From positions 1,438,100 to 1,502,099 of the forward strand of contig NW_003314267.1 of assembly GCF_000143415.4 (NCBI RefSeq): 64,000 nt of DNA, given 5' to 3'. This DNA is from Selaginella moellendorffii. Taxonomy: Eukaryota; Plantae; Lycopodiophyta. This document shows, piece by piece, positions 1 through 12,487 of this stretch. Every line of letters begins with the position of its first letter. Within the stretch, counting starts at the first letter, position 1. Position numbers and translations under genes: made by a program. The notes below the pieces were generated by a model. It was not told where the DNA came from. It saw only the letters and a list, made by a program, of their open reading frames with translations, and did no database searches.

Positions 1-396
1 TGCAAAGTAGTGCTAGCCCAATAGTTCCTACACAAGAAACAAATAATAAAACGGGAAAATCTTGCTTTTTGAGGGGAGTAAAATGAATGCTCACCATGCT
101 CTATGAGCTGACTTTGCTGGCTTGGAATAGAGATGGATATGATCTTGTGCCCCAGAAGAAATCTCTCCACCTCCTCAAGGAGGGGCTTGAATCCTGCACG
201 AGAAAAAAAGAACTTGTAAGTCCTACATCATAGCAAGTTTTAGAATCTATGCACTCACCTTTGTGGGGGCAGCAGCCAATTGGATGTATGCTCACAAAAC
301 TTGAGAGTTCCATTGACAAACTCACTTCACCAGCGCAGCTCTCGATTGCAAAGCAAGCAATCTCGTCGGCTCGAGTTTTCCCCTTATGAGCGGCAC
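1..396 (-). CDS. Partial paralog (runs off left edge) of the sirtuin-fragment / proteasome beta5-like chimeric gene
   Basis: Spliced minus-strand reading gives SAAHKGKTRADEIACFAIESCAGE...HPIGCCPHKG|FKPLLEEVERFLLGHKIISISIPSQQSQLIEHG|TIGLALLC, colinear with exons at 5747-6120 (+). Confidence 0.7.
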
Positions 397-1292
397 TGGC
401 AACAGAGGGAAACGATTCAAACGCAAGTCAAAGAATGTAAAATTAATAGTGAGAACAACATAAAACAAGAGATAACTGTAATAATGACAATTGTAATATT
501 AAAGAACACAAAATGTACTAATTTCCTACCTTCCATGCACTTGGTATAATGCTTTAAAATCTTGATGTAAAACTAACGGTGATAACAACTTAAAATAAAA
601 GATAACTGCATTTTAAATGCATCACTAACAATGTCATCGACTGAGCTTAATTAAGAGATTTTCCAAGTTCAATTGCAATATGCTTGTAGTCCTTTTCCTC
701 TCGTTGAGACTTTAGTGTTGAATGAATATCCTTTAGAAATTGAAAGATGTTCTCGTGCTTCGCTACATAAAAGAATTCATGGGAGGTGCTCCAGCTGAGA
801 AACGCAGCAAGTGACGAGAAGTACTTCATCCAACCAGAAGAACATCTGGGCATTCTAGGTTGTGACGGTGATCCAAGCCCCGATGGCGGCTGGAAAGCCA
901 AGGTGGTGGAGGTTTCCAAGCTCTGCCCTCGGTCTCGAGATCCTTCAAAGTCGAGGTTCTTTGAACATTTATGCATTCGAAATCAGTTATCAGCTTAAGA
1001 TCAATAAGTTACATACAAGGATCTCGTGTTTGCATCAAACGCATTGCTTTAAAACTTTCGAGAAGCCCTTGGTGCTCGAGGTTCTTCAGTTCGATACGTA
1101 TACATCTTACATCTGCTTCAGTCAATCCAGATCTGGTGAGACAAAAACCTCAGAACGATATAAAAAAACGTCAGCTTACTTTTTTTCTTGGAGCTTGATG
1201 ATATATCTGGATACTTATAGATCGATCGATGTTCTTGGAGTTTGATGTTATATGCACGATGAATGATATCTTGATCGATCTTAGATTGGCTA

Positions 1293-1760
1293 CTACCAGT
1301 AGTGGCGCTGGCCAGAGACAAGCACTCAGCAGCTGATGGTAATGTTGCAAACAACATGCGCAATGAGACCATCGAGGAATTGGCCCCGGTAAGCGAGCCA
1401 GCGAGCAAGCAACTCCGCCATTCCATCCTGTTGTGGACTGCGAAGAATCCATTGCTCACTACACACAGCAGCCAGTTCCAAGTCCTCAGCCCCACCGCCT
1501 CAAAGCCCCGCGATCGGTCGTGCGAGAGCTTGGCGAGCATGCATGAATCGGTAGAGCCAAGAGTGATGAAAGAGCTCCTCTTCGATCGGGACCGCGAGGC
1601 AACCGCCAGTTACTCGCAGACAATCCCACGCAGCTCCCATTTTCTTGGAGCCAAAATCCAGGGCAGGATTCCAGGCGGTTCTCATCTCCTGTGGTCGATT
1701 CTCGTCCAGGTAGATGGTCACGAGCCCCACCAAAAAATCCATCTATCACTGCCATAGAGG
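1293..1760 (-). pseudogene. CPBP (CAAX prenyl protease-related, Abi) family intramembrane metalloprotease pseudogene
   Basis: Three frames join to give AWNPALDFG..LRVTGGCLAVPIEEELFHHSWLYRF / FEAVGLRTWNWLLCVVSNGFFAVH..EWRSCLLAG / YRGQFLDGLIAHVVCNITISC*VLVSGQRHYW*. EE and HxxxN motifs present; frameshifts and an internal stop. Confidence 0.7.
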
Positions 1761-2559
1761 GATTGAAATAAAAGATGGAGTCCTCTTTCTTCCTCTACAG
1801 GCTGACCTTCCTTGCTATTGCTGCTGCCGAGCTTGGAAGTCTCGGCTTCTTCTTGGCCAACTTCTTTGTGGATGGCTCACGTTCCTGAACTCCATTTGCT
1901 TCGTTACATGGATCTCCTTACGTCGTTTTCAAGCTCTCAAATCGCATCAACTGCGTGACATGTATCAGATCATCCCCTACAAACCTTATGGCGAGTAAGG
2001 AGGAATACGACATTTGATAAAAGTTCTCTCCACAGCAATTGTATCAACGTTTACGTGGGATTTGGCGTCCACGGTGCATCTCGGCACTCTATAGCACGGG
2101 CTTCCCTCAGAGTTTGGTGGTTCCTGCAGAGGGAATGAAATTTTTGCTCTCAGCACTCTCATTTACAAAGGAAGAGATCTCGTCAGAGTGAATCGTCCAA
2201 GGACATATTTGATCTGTGTGCTTTGACATCCCCAAGTGCCAAGATATTATCAGAGTGAGAAATTGTTCTTGTCACTGCCTCTCTCTCGGCTTAGACACTT
2301 GGAAGAAAACGCGGACGTCAGCAAAGAGGAAGCATCCAAAGAACTTAACACTCACCTGCATGCGAGATTGTCTTTCCAGTTTCAGAGAAAAATAGCGTCA
2401 AATTGTTGAGCAATCTCCATAAAGATAGCCAGCGTTTTCCACAGCCTACTCGCATTTCTCCCAGCAAAACCTGTACCAGCACTTGTCCATAGCACCCTGT
2501 CACTTTTACACGGCAAGGACATGGAAAGAAGCATGAATGTCGTACCACTAGCTGTTTGT

Positions 2560-2830
2560 AATGAAGTTGAACCATGTGCAACCACTTGAAAACATTTCCC
2601 GACTGTCGAGTGTCTTGTCTCCAAGCCGAAGTTGGACGTTCCTGTACGTAGAACCACTTTTGAGAGACGGCATCAGCTGTAAAGAGCTTGTTACCCCCCA
2701 CCTTTGATTCACACACACTAAACGAGTAGAAGTCCTGGGATTTGTGATGAATTGCCTGAAGACCTATTTTGATTCCATTGGAGTCAAAAGAAAAAAAAGC
2801 TTTCTTTACCTATGCTCTCCATCCGCCCAT
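2560..2830 (+). pseudogene. Degenerate paralog of the unknown gene at 3738-4686
   Basis: VECLVSKP..EPLLRDG..KELVTP..GFVMNCLK..EKKAFF matches AECLVVSEPP..KPLLGDGELGELVTP..GFVMNSLK..EKKAFF on the opposite strand at 4330-4630. Confidence 0.6.
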
Positions 2831-3334
2831 GTCACCAAGTTGCCGTGCGGTCATGGAACTTGATCGAATGTTAGCTCAAAAGCAATGTACAGGGACACAA
2901 CCGAGGTGGTGCCACTCATTGCTTTCAAGAGTTCAAGCAGCATCAGAGGTAAGCTTGTTCACTGTAGATTTCAGAACTTCAACATTCTTACAGGAGCATC
3001 ACCAGCAGCCAAAACATCAACTCACATAAATTGAAAACTACCAAAGCTGTGGATGTGCTAGTAATGGTGTGTTATCCTTTTTCTTTACTTTGTTGTGTGT
3101 TCTTCTGCGGGTGTGTGTCCATGGCGTTAGCAAATTGCAGGCATCTTGGCAAGGGTATTCCCGGGTCCTTGAGAATTCCAGAATGAAATGGTGAGTCTTG
3201 GGGAGCAAAAGGATTGAAAACCTTTTCTCATTCTTTGACGCTCTAGACCTTTTCCGCAGAAGAATACTTGGTAGCAACATGCTGAGAAAAGACGAGTAAA
3301 AAACTAGAGCAGAAAGAGCTAAAGATGAGAGGAT

Positions 3335-3480
3335 TACCTGTTTGTCAAACAATGCAATCTTGATGTTCATCGCGTTTCTTTGCACTCCTTGCTCTTTCAA
3401 GTGCCTTCTTGAACTTCATTCCACCAAAGTCGATGTTTCTGCTGCCGTCAATGACGCACAAATCCCCTCCACAGTGCAAG
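3335..3480 (-). pseudogene. Fragment of a third proteasome beta-like paralog (C-terminal part)
   Basis: CGGDLCVIDGSRNIDFGGMKFKKALERA / VQRNAMNIKIALFDK matches CGGDLCVIDGSENVKLCGGKFKKVLARA..MQRNALNIRTILFEK at 6630-6800. Confidence 0.7.
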
Positions 3481-3737
3481 AATCATTCGTGCTTGTCGTG
3501 CTCTGCCTGTGTGAATAAGAAAACCAGAAAACGGAAAACAGTTCATCTTTGGAAACGCTCTTACTCCTTCCCTCTGCCGCACTCATAGATCAGCGCCAAA
3601 TCCACATAAAACTGTGTGCCAGGATGGTGAGAGATGATGAAAGAAAGCTATTATTTAGGAAATTTAACATAATAACATAGAAATGTAGTAGCAGTTTCCA
3701 TAACATAATAACTACACGATTCTATACCCTTTTGCAC

Positions 3738-4686
3738 TCAGTTCCATAATACGTGCACGCATTGCAGCTTGACTCTCCCTCCATAAGCAAGAATATTTTC
3801 TCCAATCATAGTCAGTTGTGAGACTAATTTGGTCTGCTGATTCCAATAGTTTTCCTTCTGGAGATACCTATAAATTTCCGACTTCAAAAAAATAAATAAT
3901 AAACAGTGAAAACCTACCTTCTGGACCAAATACCTCACACATACATCGCTCACACATACATCCTCCATATCATCTGCGGTGTGGTAACCATAAATATCAT
4001 CTTCATCTTCTTCTTCATCATCATCCCAAAGAAAGAGAGCCAGAGCCCTCATACCCTTTTCATCGGGAGGGAAGTATTGCCCTCCTTTAACAACAAAGCC
4101 CTCAACCTTCTTCGCTTCAATCTTCACAGGGAAGTAATCCCTCTCAGTCACAGGATCGAAGATGGCTGTCTCCTCCACAGAGAAATCCACCAGATAACCA
4201 GGGTGATTCAATTTCAACAGCATGCTCCGGATAGCTTCTTCCATCCGGACAAACCCTAAAGCCGACCCTAAAAAAGACTGGAGGTTCGAGTCTTGGATTT
4301 CTGGATCTCTTCGAGTCTTGGATTTCTCATTTGAATGAGCTGCAAAGAAAGCCTTTTTTTCTTCGACCGATGCACTCACAGTGGATTTTCAGGGAATTCA
4401 TCACAAATCCTTCGGTGACAAGAACGCAGTCACGGAATGCTACTCACATAAAGTATAATCGGTTAAAGGCCGGGGTGAAGGACTTACACTCGTTTTGTCT
4501 GCGTAAAGATATGGCCGGGGGTGTAACAAGCTCTCCAAGCTCTCCGTCTCCCAAGAGTGGTTTTACGTCAGAACAGGAACGTACAAACTGTATATCCGGC
4601 GGCTCGGAGACAACGAGACACTCGGCAAAATGCCAGCCGGAGGACGGGAATTCTTTTCGAAGCTTCAAAGAAGAAGGGACTCCATT
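3738..4686 (-). pseudogene. Unknown lineage-specific gene, frameshifted (acidic DDDEEEDEDD stretch)
   Basis: 213-aa and 74-aa ORFs in different frames plus an upstream ATG at about 4685. A paralog exists at 2560-2830. No recognisable family. Confidence 0.4.
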
Positions 4687-4895
4687 GTTTCTTTAAAGAG
4701 AATTTAGGGCTTTTGGCGTTGGGAGCTCGCTCGGCCAAGGGAAGCAATAGTTCTTTACTGGGTCGATCGGTTGCGCTTTCGATCACCTACATTGAGGTAT
4801 GGATCCTTACCGGTAGATCACAAGCTGCGAGTAAACATTCCCCGGAATTCGTTTGTGCCGAGTGAGATCTTCGGTTCTTATTTTTCCATGACATA

Positions 4896-4938
4896 GCCAC
4901 GTGGACCGTGACTATGCCACGTGGAATTCACACGTGGC
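4896..4938. promoter_or_regulatory. Three clustered G-box/ABRE-like elements between divergent genes
   Basis: GCCACGTGG at 4896 and 4916, CACGTGGC at 4931, just upstream of ATG 4962. Confidence 0.45.
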
Positions 4939-4961
4939 AGCGTTTAAATATTTTTGGCGGG

Positions 4962-7448
4962 ATGGTGCAAGACGGCTGGGCGCTTGCTTTCTTCTGTGAT
5001 GCGCCTGATGTTCCTATCGTGCTCGAGGTAATATTTTCAATGCTAGCGAATGAAATCCCCTAACAGCAGATCTCTGGTGCTTTTTCATGCAGGGGCAGAG
5101 CCTGCCTTTCATGGACTATCTCAGTAATTCTCTCGTCAAGCCAAGGGAAGGAAACCCCGTTCAGTTCCAGGCGTTGCTGCTCCCCAGCTTGAAATCGCAA
5201 TTGCAGGTTTGCTCTCCAAGGTTTTAAGCCTTTGTAATTGTTTGTTTCAGGGATTATACGACATCAGTGCCTGTAAGCTCGGAGATAACGTTTCCTTGGA
5301 TGGAGCTCCGTTCCAGGCATTGCTGCTCCAGGTTTGTTGCTTTCCATGAACTTAGTGTCATCACAGGACGAGGTTCTAAGTCTTTTGAATTCTTTTGTTC
5401 CAGGGATTATACAACATCAGTGCTTGTAACATTCCCTTGGATGGAGCTCAGTTCCAGGCCTTGCTGCTCCCCAGCTCGAAATTGCAAATGCAGGTTTGTT
5501 AGCTTCATCACAGGACGAGGTTCTAATTTTCTTTAATTCTTTGTTCCAGGAATTATACAACATCAGTGCTCGTATGCTCGGAGATAAAGCTTACTTGGAT
5601 GGAACTCGAGCTGCTGCAAGCATGGTTCAAGAGTCAGATGCGTTTCTCGTCATTGGCTCGACTGTAATGGTTTTACGTCTTGTGAGGTAAGTAGTAGCGT
5701 GACTTTTCTGTGACTTTGTGTGTGAATTGTTTCCCTCTGTCGCCAGTGCCGCTCATAAGGGGAAAACTCGAGCCGACAATATTGCTTGCTTCGAGATGGA
5801 GTGCGCTGGTGAAGTGAGTTTGTCAATGCAACTCTCAAGTCTCTTCCAAGTCGTCAGCATACATCCAATTGGCTGCTGCCCGCACAAAGGCGAGTCACTA
5901 GATTCTGTGAAACTATACAATGTAGGACTTATAGATTTTCTTGTGCAGGATTTAAGCCCCTGGTAGAGAGATATCTTCTGGGGCACAAGATGGTCAGCTT
6001 CTCTATTCCAAGCCAGCACAGGCAGCGCAGCCAGCACGGTGAGCATTCGTTTTATTTCCCTCATGCTTTTCTTATATCTTTTATGTGTAGGAACTATTGG
6101 TCTTGCAGTTTTTTGCAAGCAAGGATTTATAGTCTTGTTCGATTCACTCACAACTGTTACTGGAGACGACGGAGGTGTAGTTGAGAAGCGGGGGAACTTT
6201 AAGAAGATTGTGGAGGTGAGGAGTGAGCCAAGACTTCGAGTTGGCTTTGCTGGCAACGTGGCTGCGTCTTTACAAGTTATTAAACTCTTGCAAGTCAAGC
6301 TAAGTAGGAAAGAGTTAACTCTTCATGAAGCAGCCGAGTTTTTGACGAAGAAGGCAGGCCTTTATGCAACCACAGATCCAGACTTCGTTGCATCGTTCTT
6401 TGTCTACAACGAGAGCATGTTGGTGATGGTCAAGAATGACGGCAATGGGTACAAGACAACGGAAGTTACAAATGAGCATTCCGTAATGGCCATTGGTTCC
6501 GGAGCACAACAAGCACAGGTGATTCTGGGACAACCAGTCCGAGGACAGAACCATGGAAAGGAGGCGAGTGTTGGAGAAGCTCTTTCGCTGGGTCTCGACG
6601 CTTTTGCTCAAGCTTGCATCGAGAATCCCGAATGTGGAGGAGATTTGTGCGTCATCGATGGCAGCGAGAACGTCAAGTTATGTGGAGGGAAGTTCAAGAA
6701 AGTGCTTGCTCGAGCAGTGTCAGATAATTTTTCCTTCCAGTATAAGAAGCGAGCAATGCAACGGAATGCTCTGAACATCAGAACTATATTGTTCGAAAAG
6801 GTAAACCTCTCGTCTTGTTTGAACTTTAGTAACTCATCTTTTCTCAGGAGGAGGAAGCTTTAACTTCTACTGCTTCGGCCAAGGATTCTCCCGTTGAGAA
6901 GGTTGAGAACATCACAGAAGTGGATGGAGTTGTAATGGTCTGTATTTGTGTGGTCTTTTTGCTTGCTTTGCTTCAGCTCACGATCAAAGTGCAGGTGAAA
7001 AAACGAGGTGGCTATATGCTTGCCACAGTAATGGTTTGTGGTGTCTTTTTTTTTTAGTTTGCTTTGCTTTACTTTGGCAATTTACAGGTACAAAACCAAG
7101 GTGCTTTTACGTTTGCCGCTCTTAGCTTCAATTACAAAACAAGGGTAAGGAATTTATATCACATTTATTCTTTAAGGAATTTATTCTTACAGGTTGTGAA
7201 AGAAGCGTTCATTGTCCTGCATGATTGTCTGGTTCTAGCAATGGCAAGTCATGTTTAACTCCAGCAGCTACACTAACATACTTTGTCATGCTGCAAGCAG
7301 TAAAAGAACCTGTATCGCAGATAGAAGAGGAGGCAGTTGCTTCTTTGTTTGTTTGTCTTTTTTGCGTTTGCTCTTGTTCTTGCTGCAGGCCTCTGGAGGA
7401 GGGCACGACGTCGTCGTGAACGTCGGGCAACGCCTTTATTCCAAATAG
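4962..7448 (+). CDS. Multi-exon chimeric protein: SRT2/sirtuin-derived C-terminal fragments + divergent proteasome beta5-like Ntn-hydrolase domain + C-terminal extension (3' end uncertain)
   Basis: An open spliced frame runs from ATG 4962. Sirtuin-like: LGDNV, ESDAFLVIGSTVMVLRLV|SAAHKGKTRAD. Beta-subunit: QHG|TIGLAVFCKQGFIVLFDS..FKKIVEV..GFAG..AIGSG..ECGGDL. Confidence 0.7.
5160..5600 (+). repeat. Three tandem copies of a ~150-bp exon+intron unit
   Basis: Repeated cagGGATTATAC(G/A)ACATCAGTGC...CTTGGATGGAGCTC..TTCCAGGC.TTGCTGCTCC..CAGgtttg; all exons are phase 0. Confidence 0.85.
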
Positions 7449-7460
7449 CGCGCCTTGCTC
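7386..7460 (-). pseudogene. Degenerate copy of thioredoxin-h exon 1
   Basis: caggcctctggaggagggcacgacgt..gtgaacgt..ggcaac..attccaaatagcgcgcct matches 10672-10760. Confidence 0.65.
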
Positions 7461-10231
7461 TTTGTCGGGACTACAAAGAAATAAAGCGTATTATTTTAAG
7501 GGAATTTTTTCTGACCAGCAGCTTCTATCCGCGCTCCGGGAGCTTGGTAAATGCCTCAGTGGCGATTCCAGCGTGGTGTCGGAGCCAGATAACTCTTTGA
7601 TCACTGGAAACTTAAAAACTGTATCCCAAAACAAACAAACAAAATAGAATGCATGTACCAACTGTGATTCCAATGTCAAAACTAGAGCAGATCTGATGGG
7701 ATCTCTCACTCACATCTAATGAAAAATCATAAAAGAATTAGAGGAAAAGGATCTCTTCAAACTCCTATGTGTGACCCTCACATCTAATCAAAAGAAAAGA
7801 GGAAAAGGAACTCTTCCTCCTAGATGTGAGAGAAAGGATCTCTCTCACACATCTAATGACGGTTATATATATTGATTAGTAAGTTTCTTTGTAGTTTTAG
7901 TTAATAGTATCTTTGATTTCATTTTCAAATATAACTTTAGCAAAGAAAGTGGAATCTGAATGGGTCTTTTAGGCTTTTTTTTTTTCAAGAGAAATAATTT
8001 AGATAGCTAAAAACAAATTCAAAATATATTGTCATCACTGAATAATTACATTAAGAGTTTGATATGTAAAATAAAAACTCTATTATATTTCTTGCTCACA
8101 CACTTCTGTAAAATCACAATATAATAGGATATAGCAATAAAAAATATTTATTTTTAATATAAAATATTATTATAGCTAAATTTTATAATGAGGGTGAATA
8201 TTTCCAACCAATTTAATATGATATTGATTACTCTATGATATGGATATTATTAATTTCTTTACTTTTTTATTTATAATTGTTATGATAAATTATATTTATT
8301 TATATATTTAATGAAAATAATATCAAAAGTTTTAATAAATATTTTAGAATTAGTGCTACAATGCAATACACAGTAACTTATATTTAATATACCAAGGACA
8401 TAATAGAATTTTTCATTTCTAAAACCTAATAGAAAAAGATAGAAGGGATCATTTTGTTTACCAAAGAGAATATTGTAATATAAACTAATTTCAACTGCCA
8501 TTAGTAGTTGAAAAGGCCAAGAAAGAAAACTAAAGTCCTTAATTTTCTCTTTACACAATTGTAGTTATCCTTAGATCAGGAACTTATAGCTAAAAAATAA
8601 AGTTATCCTCAATAGCACATTTGTTAACGCTTTTAAGTATCATTTTAGGATGGTGAAAGAGCAATAATTTATGTATGACCATATGGATATATAGCCTTGT
8701 GGATCCAATAGATTTCATTAAAAATACCAAAAACAAAATCAATTTCATCTCATAATTTTCATGCCTATAGATCAAGATTACTTGGTGTTTAAGAAATTTT
8801 ATGTATTTTTATAATTTATAAACACAATATTAAACTAATTTTACATTAAATAAAAATAAGATTAATCTAAATGAAGAATATTTAAGCATCTTTTAGGTAT
8901 ATCCACTACATGAAATTATATAGAAACAAATGTATAATTAGAATCCAAGTATATCATAGGATATACCTCAATCTAATGGCTGTGATTTAATGCTCTTAAA
9001 CTTTATATAATTCGTTGGTATAAAACTGTGGATCCGAACATTATATAAACTAGCTATTTGAGCAAATTTCAAGAAACCCTAACAAGTAACATAAACATCC
9101 TTTTTTCAAAGCAAAATACTTTTCTAAGCTTTCAAGACTTTTTCTTCCAGAACTGGTTGTACAATCTATAAAGTATAAAATAAAGACAATTGCTCCTCGG
9201 GGATGCATTGACTTACAGTTTCTTTGTGTAACTCCAGAAATGCTTAATTTCCTCTATAGACAGAACAAATTATTGCAAAAAGACAAAGACCAGCTGGGAG
9301 GGTAGAGATGAACAGGGCAGCAGTGGAGAGAAAGCCTGTGTTTTGGCCTTTCATATGGATAGCTGTCAATTTCATGTAAGGAACATACCTAGAACATTCA
9401 AGTATATCCTTTAATTCCTCAATCTAGTGCCCATGATCGAACCTAGGTCTTGTTATGATTTCAAATTCATTTGTATAATAGTATTGACATTTCTTATTTA
9501 TCACTAATACAAAATTTATTTAAATTTCCAGAGCAAGTCAAAGAGTGCCAAAGAAGTCCAGAAAAAGGTAATCAGGCTCAATACTAGCTCATTGACTTCA
9601 ATTTTGTTTTTCAAAGAATGCTAGCTATAGTCAATTTGGTAGTCAATTTTACTTATCCTAGTTAATTAAAAATCTCTCTATTTGTTACAAGCAACCAAAC
9701 CATCCTAATGTGGCAATGCCAATGAAGTGGCAATCATCCTCTTGGAGATTACAAAACATCACACACCCACTCGTTCAGATCATGGCTCCAATGCAGTTAG
9801 ATAAGTAATTTAAGTATCGGAGCCCATTCTTCCTACTGACCACACAACCAGATAATTTGAGTTACAAAGATATTAATAGCCACTTTGTATCTAGTTTCAC
9901 ATGCTTCTGAGCCTCATTCTAAAATTCTTTTCTTCTTATAAACACTCATTGGTTTAGGGTTTAGGGTTAAACCTATTATAAAGGCTAACTAGAAGAGGTT
10001 TGTGAACAATGTGGTTTATTCATGTTGGTAAACTTCTTGGAGTTTAGTCATGGATATTATGCATTTGAGCCATGCATATATGATAAGAAAAAAGATATTT
10101 TTTTATTATAAGTTATTTGCACCATTATCAAAAGAAACTACATTATTTATCTTATATTGCAAATAATTCCAATGCTTAATATTGTATGCAAATTATTAAA
10201 CATTAGCCATGGGACCTCTAAACCTATAAAC

Positions 10232-10743
10232 TTAACTTTTTGCAAATTGCATCAGTTTAGCTTCCAACTCTGGCTTATTTGCCCCAACAATCCTGTGTAC
10301 CTCCTTTCCCGCAAGCATGAAAACAAATGTTGGCATCCCCTCTATCCTCCATTCCGCAGCAACATCCTAGATAGAATCATCTACCAGTAGCTAAGAAAAA
10401 AGAAGGAAAGAAAAAAAACACAAAAAACTTGCCTGCAATTGATCAACATCCACCTTGAGGAACACCACCGAGTCGTATGTCTTGGACAAGTCATTGAAGA
10501 AAGGTGCAATCATCTTGCAGGGGGGGCACCAAGCCGCAGTAAAATCAACCACTGCCTGAAAACAAATAAAGTGAAGCCTCAATAGCATGAAAATCACGAA
10601 TCACATAAATGGAAAGAGGAAACACTGACCAGCTTCTTGGGATTGGAGGTGAGCTCCGAGAATTTGTTGCGCCAGGCCTCTGAGGAGGGCACGACGTGAA
10701 CGTTGCCCGTGTCTCCAGCGGCAACAGCGATGGGCGCCTCCAT
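10232..10743 (-). CDS. Thioredoxin h-type (WCPPC), 3 exons
   Basis: [21 protein letters not shown]|[30 protein letters not shown]|[35 protein letters not shown]. Intron 2 has a GC donor. Confidence 0.95.
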
Positions 10744-11128
10744 TCCAAACAGCGCGCCTCGTCTGATCGCTGCTAGCTGGGAGGAAGACTTACACGCAGT
10801 GGCCTTCTTCCACAAGCATCGCCCAACGTTCATCCTGCCCTAATCATTGTGTGAATAAAGGAAAAAGAGATTTATATTTCATTTAACAGGTCTAGGTTTA
10901 ACGTTAAGCCTTGGATAATTAATTTTCTTTCATCTTTATGAAGTTGTAGAGTTTTTCAAATTAATTCCGATCAAGAGAGTGAGCTCAGAAACTTTAGACG
11001 CGTGAATCTATATCTCTTTAGCTGCCTGGAATGTTTTGATCGATGATCTTGGTCTCCCTCTGTCCGAACCAAGAAAAAAGAAAAAAAAATTTGCTTCCCT
11101 CAAAATCTGTAGCTTCCCAGAGTGCTCT

Positions 11129-12487
11129 CTACTTGAGCCGACGCTTAGATTCGCTGTACAGGATCACTCCAAACACTGTGAGTGTGTAGCCCGCCATGCC
11201 AACCACAGACACGGGGTTCCGGAACAAAAGTATGGACACCACAACGGCCACTGCTCCCTTGGCATTTCCCAGCACCTGTCAAGAACAAAACCATTAAAAG
11301 AGCGAGAGATTGAATTCCACTCAAGATAGGATAGAGAAGGGATAGCGAAACAGAGAAAGAGAAAAGTGATCGATCCTTAGAGCTGTGATTGTTTCGTACC
11401 TGGAGAGTCAAAGCACTCGTGTGCTTGGTGACGAGGAAGTTAGTGAGGTTAACGAAGTAAGCGGTGGCCGAGTTAACCAGGAGCAAGCCGATGATGGAAA
11501 AGTTTGTCCTGGCGAGCGCGATTGTGATGCCCACCACGTTGGGTTCCATGATCAGCGTCGCCGGCAGCAGCAGCACCACGGCGATCGGTGCCATGTAGAG
11601 CAGCAAGTTCATAGAGTTGAGCTTCTCCCTGGAAGTAAAGCAGGACAAAAACCGCATCAGGGAATACATTCGAAGGATGCAAACAAGAATTACATAAAGA
11701 CGAAGAACAGTCGAAGCAAGCAAACGAGAACAGGAAAAAAAATGACGCACAGCAAACAGGAAGAAATTCAGCTGCTAGGAAAGAAGATCGAAGAGCTTCT
11801 TACCCCTCGGAGGACAAGAGAATTCCCTGCAATACCGACTTGAGCGCTCTGGCAGCAGTGGCACTCACGCACATAATGAAACCATAGAGATGAAAGCTTG
11901 GCTCGCCCTGGAAACAAAGATTCCAACAAAAAAACACAAAAACAATGAGTGTGAGATGGATCCAATAAAATACGAGAAACAATGGTGGAAAGATCACTCA
12001 CCCCACTAGCGATGATCACCCCCGTGACAACCGGGACGAGCGTAAGATACGTGACCCAGGCCTCCCTCTTGAGCGTCATGAGATACGCAAACACGGCCGT
12101 GAAGAAGGGGGTGGTAGCTCCCACCGCCTGATTGAACGAGACCGGGAGGTAGCGCAGCGAGATGTTCCCACTCACCACCGACGCGCAAAAGATGATGCTC
12201 AGCGCCGAGATCTTGACGAACTGCGTCCTGGATCTGATAGCCTGCATGGGCACAAGCTTGAGCCACGCGATCCCAATGTAGCTGAAGAGTGCGCACGCCG
12301 TCATGTGGCACATCGTGAGGAAGATAGGGTACTTGAAGCCATAGTTGCTGAGGAGATACTTGTTGAGGAGAAGAACACCGATGTTGGACGAGTACCAGGC
12401 GCCAATCAACCCTACTGTGAAGACGCTGCCCGGCGCCATGGCCTGCGACGCCAGGGAGCCCGATCTTAGCAGCTTCTCCTTCTCCAT
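11129..12487 (-). CDS. TPT-family nucleotide-sugar / sugar-phosphate transporter (UUAT-like), 4 exons
   Basis: [88 protein letters not shown]. Confidence 0.93.

Noticed and set aside
786-998. Exon-like 70-aa ORF (EKYFIQPEEHLGILGC..GGWKAKVVEVSK)
   Set aside because: Looks like a gene fragment, but I cannot assign a family or gene model.
7860-10150. Very AT-rich stretch, possible MITE or TE remnant
   Set aside because: No termini or TSD that I could establish.
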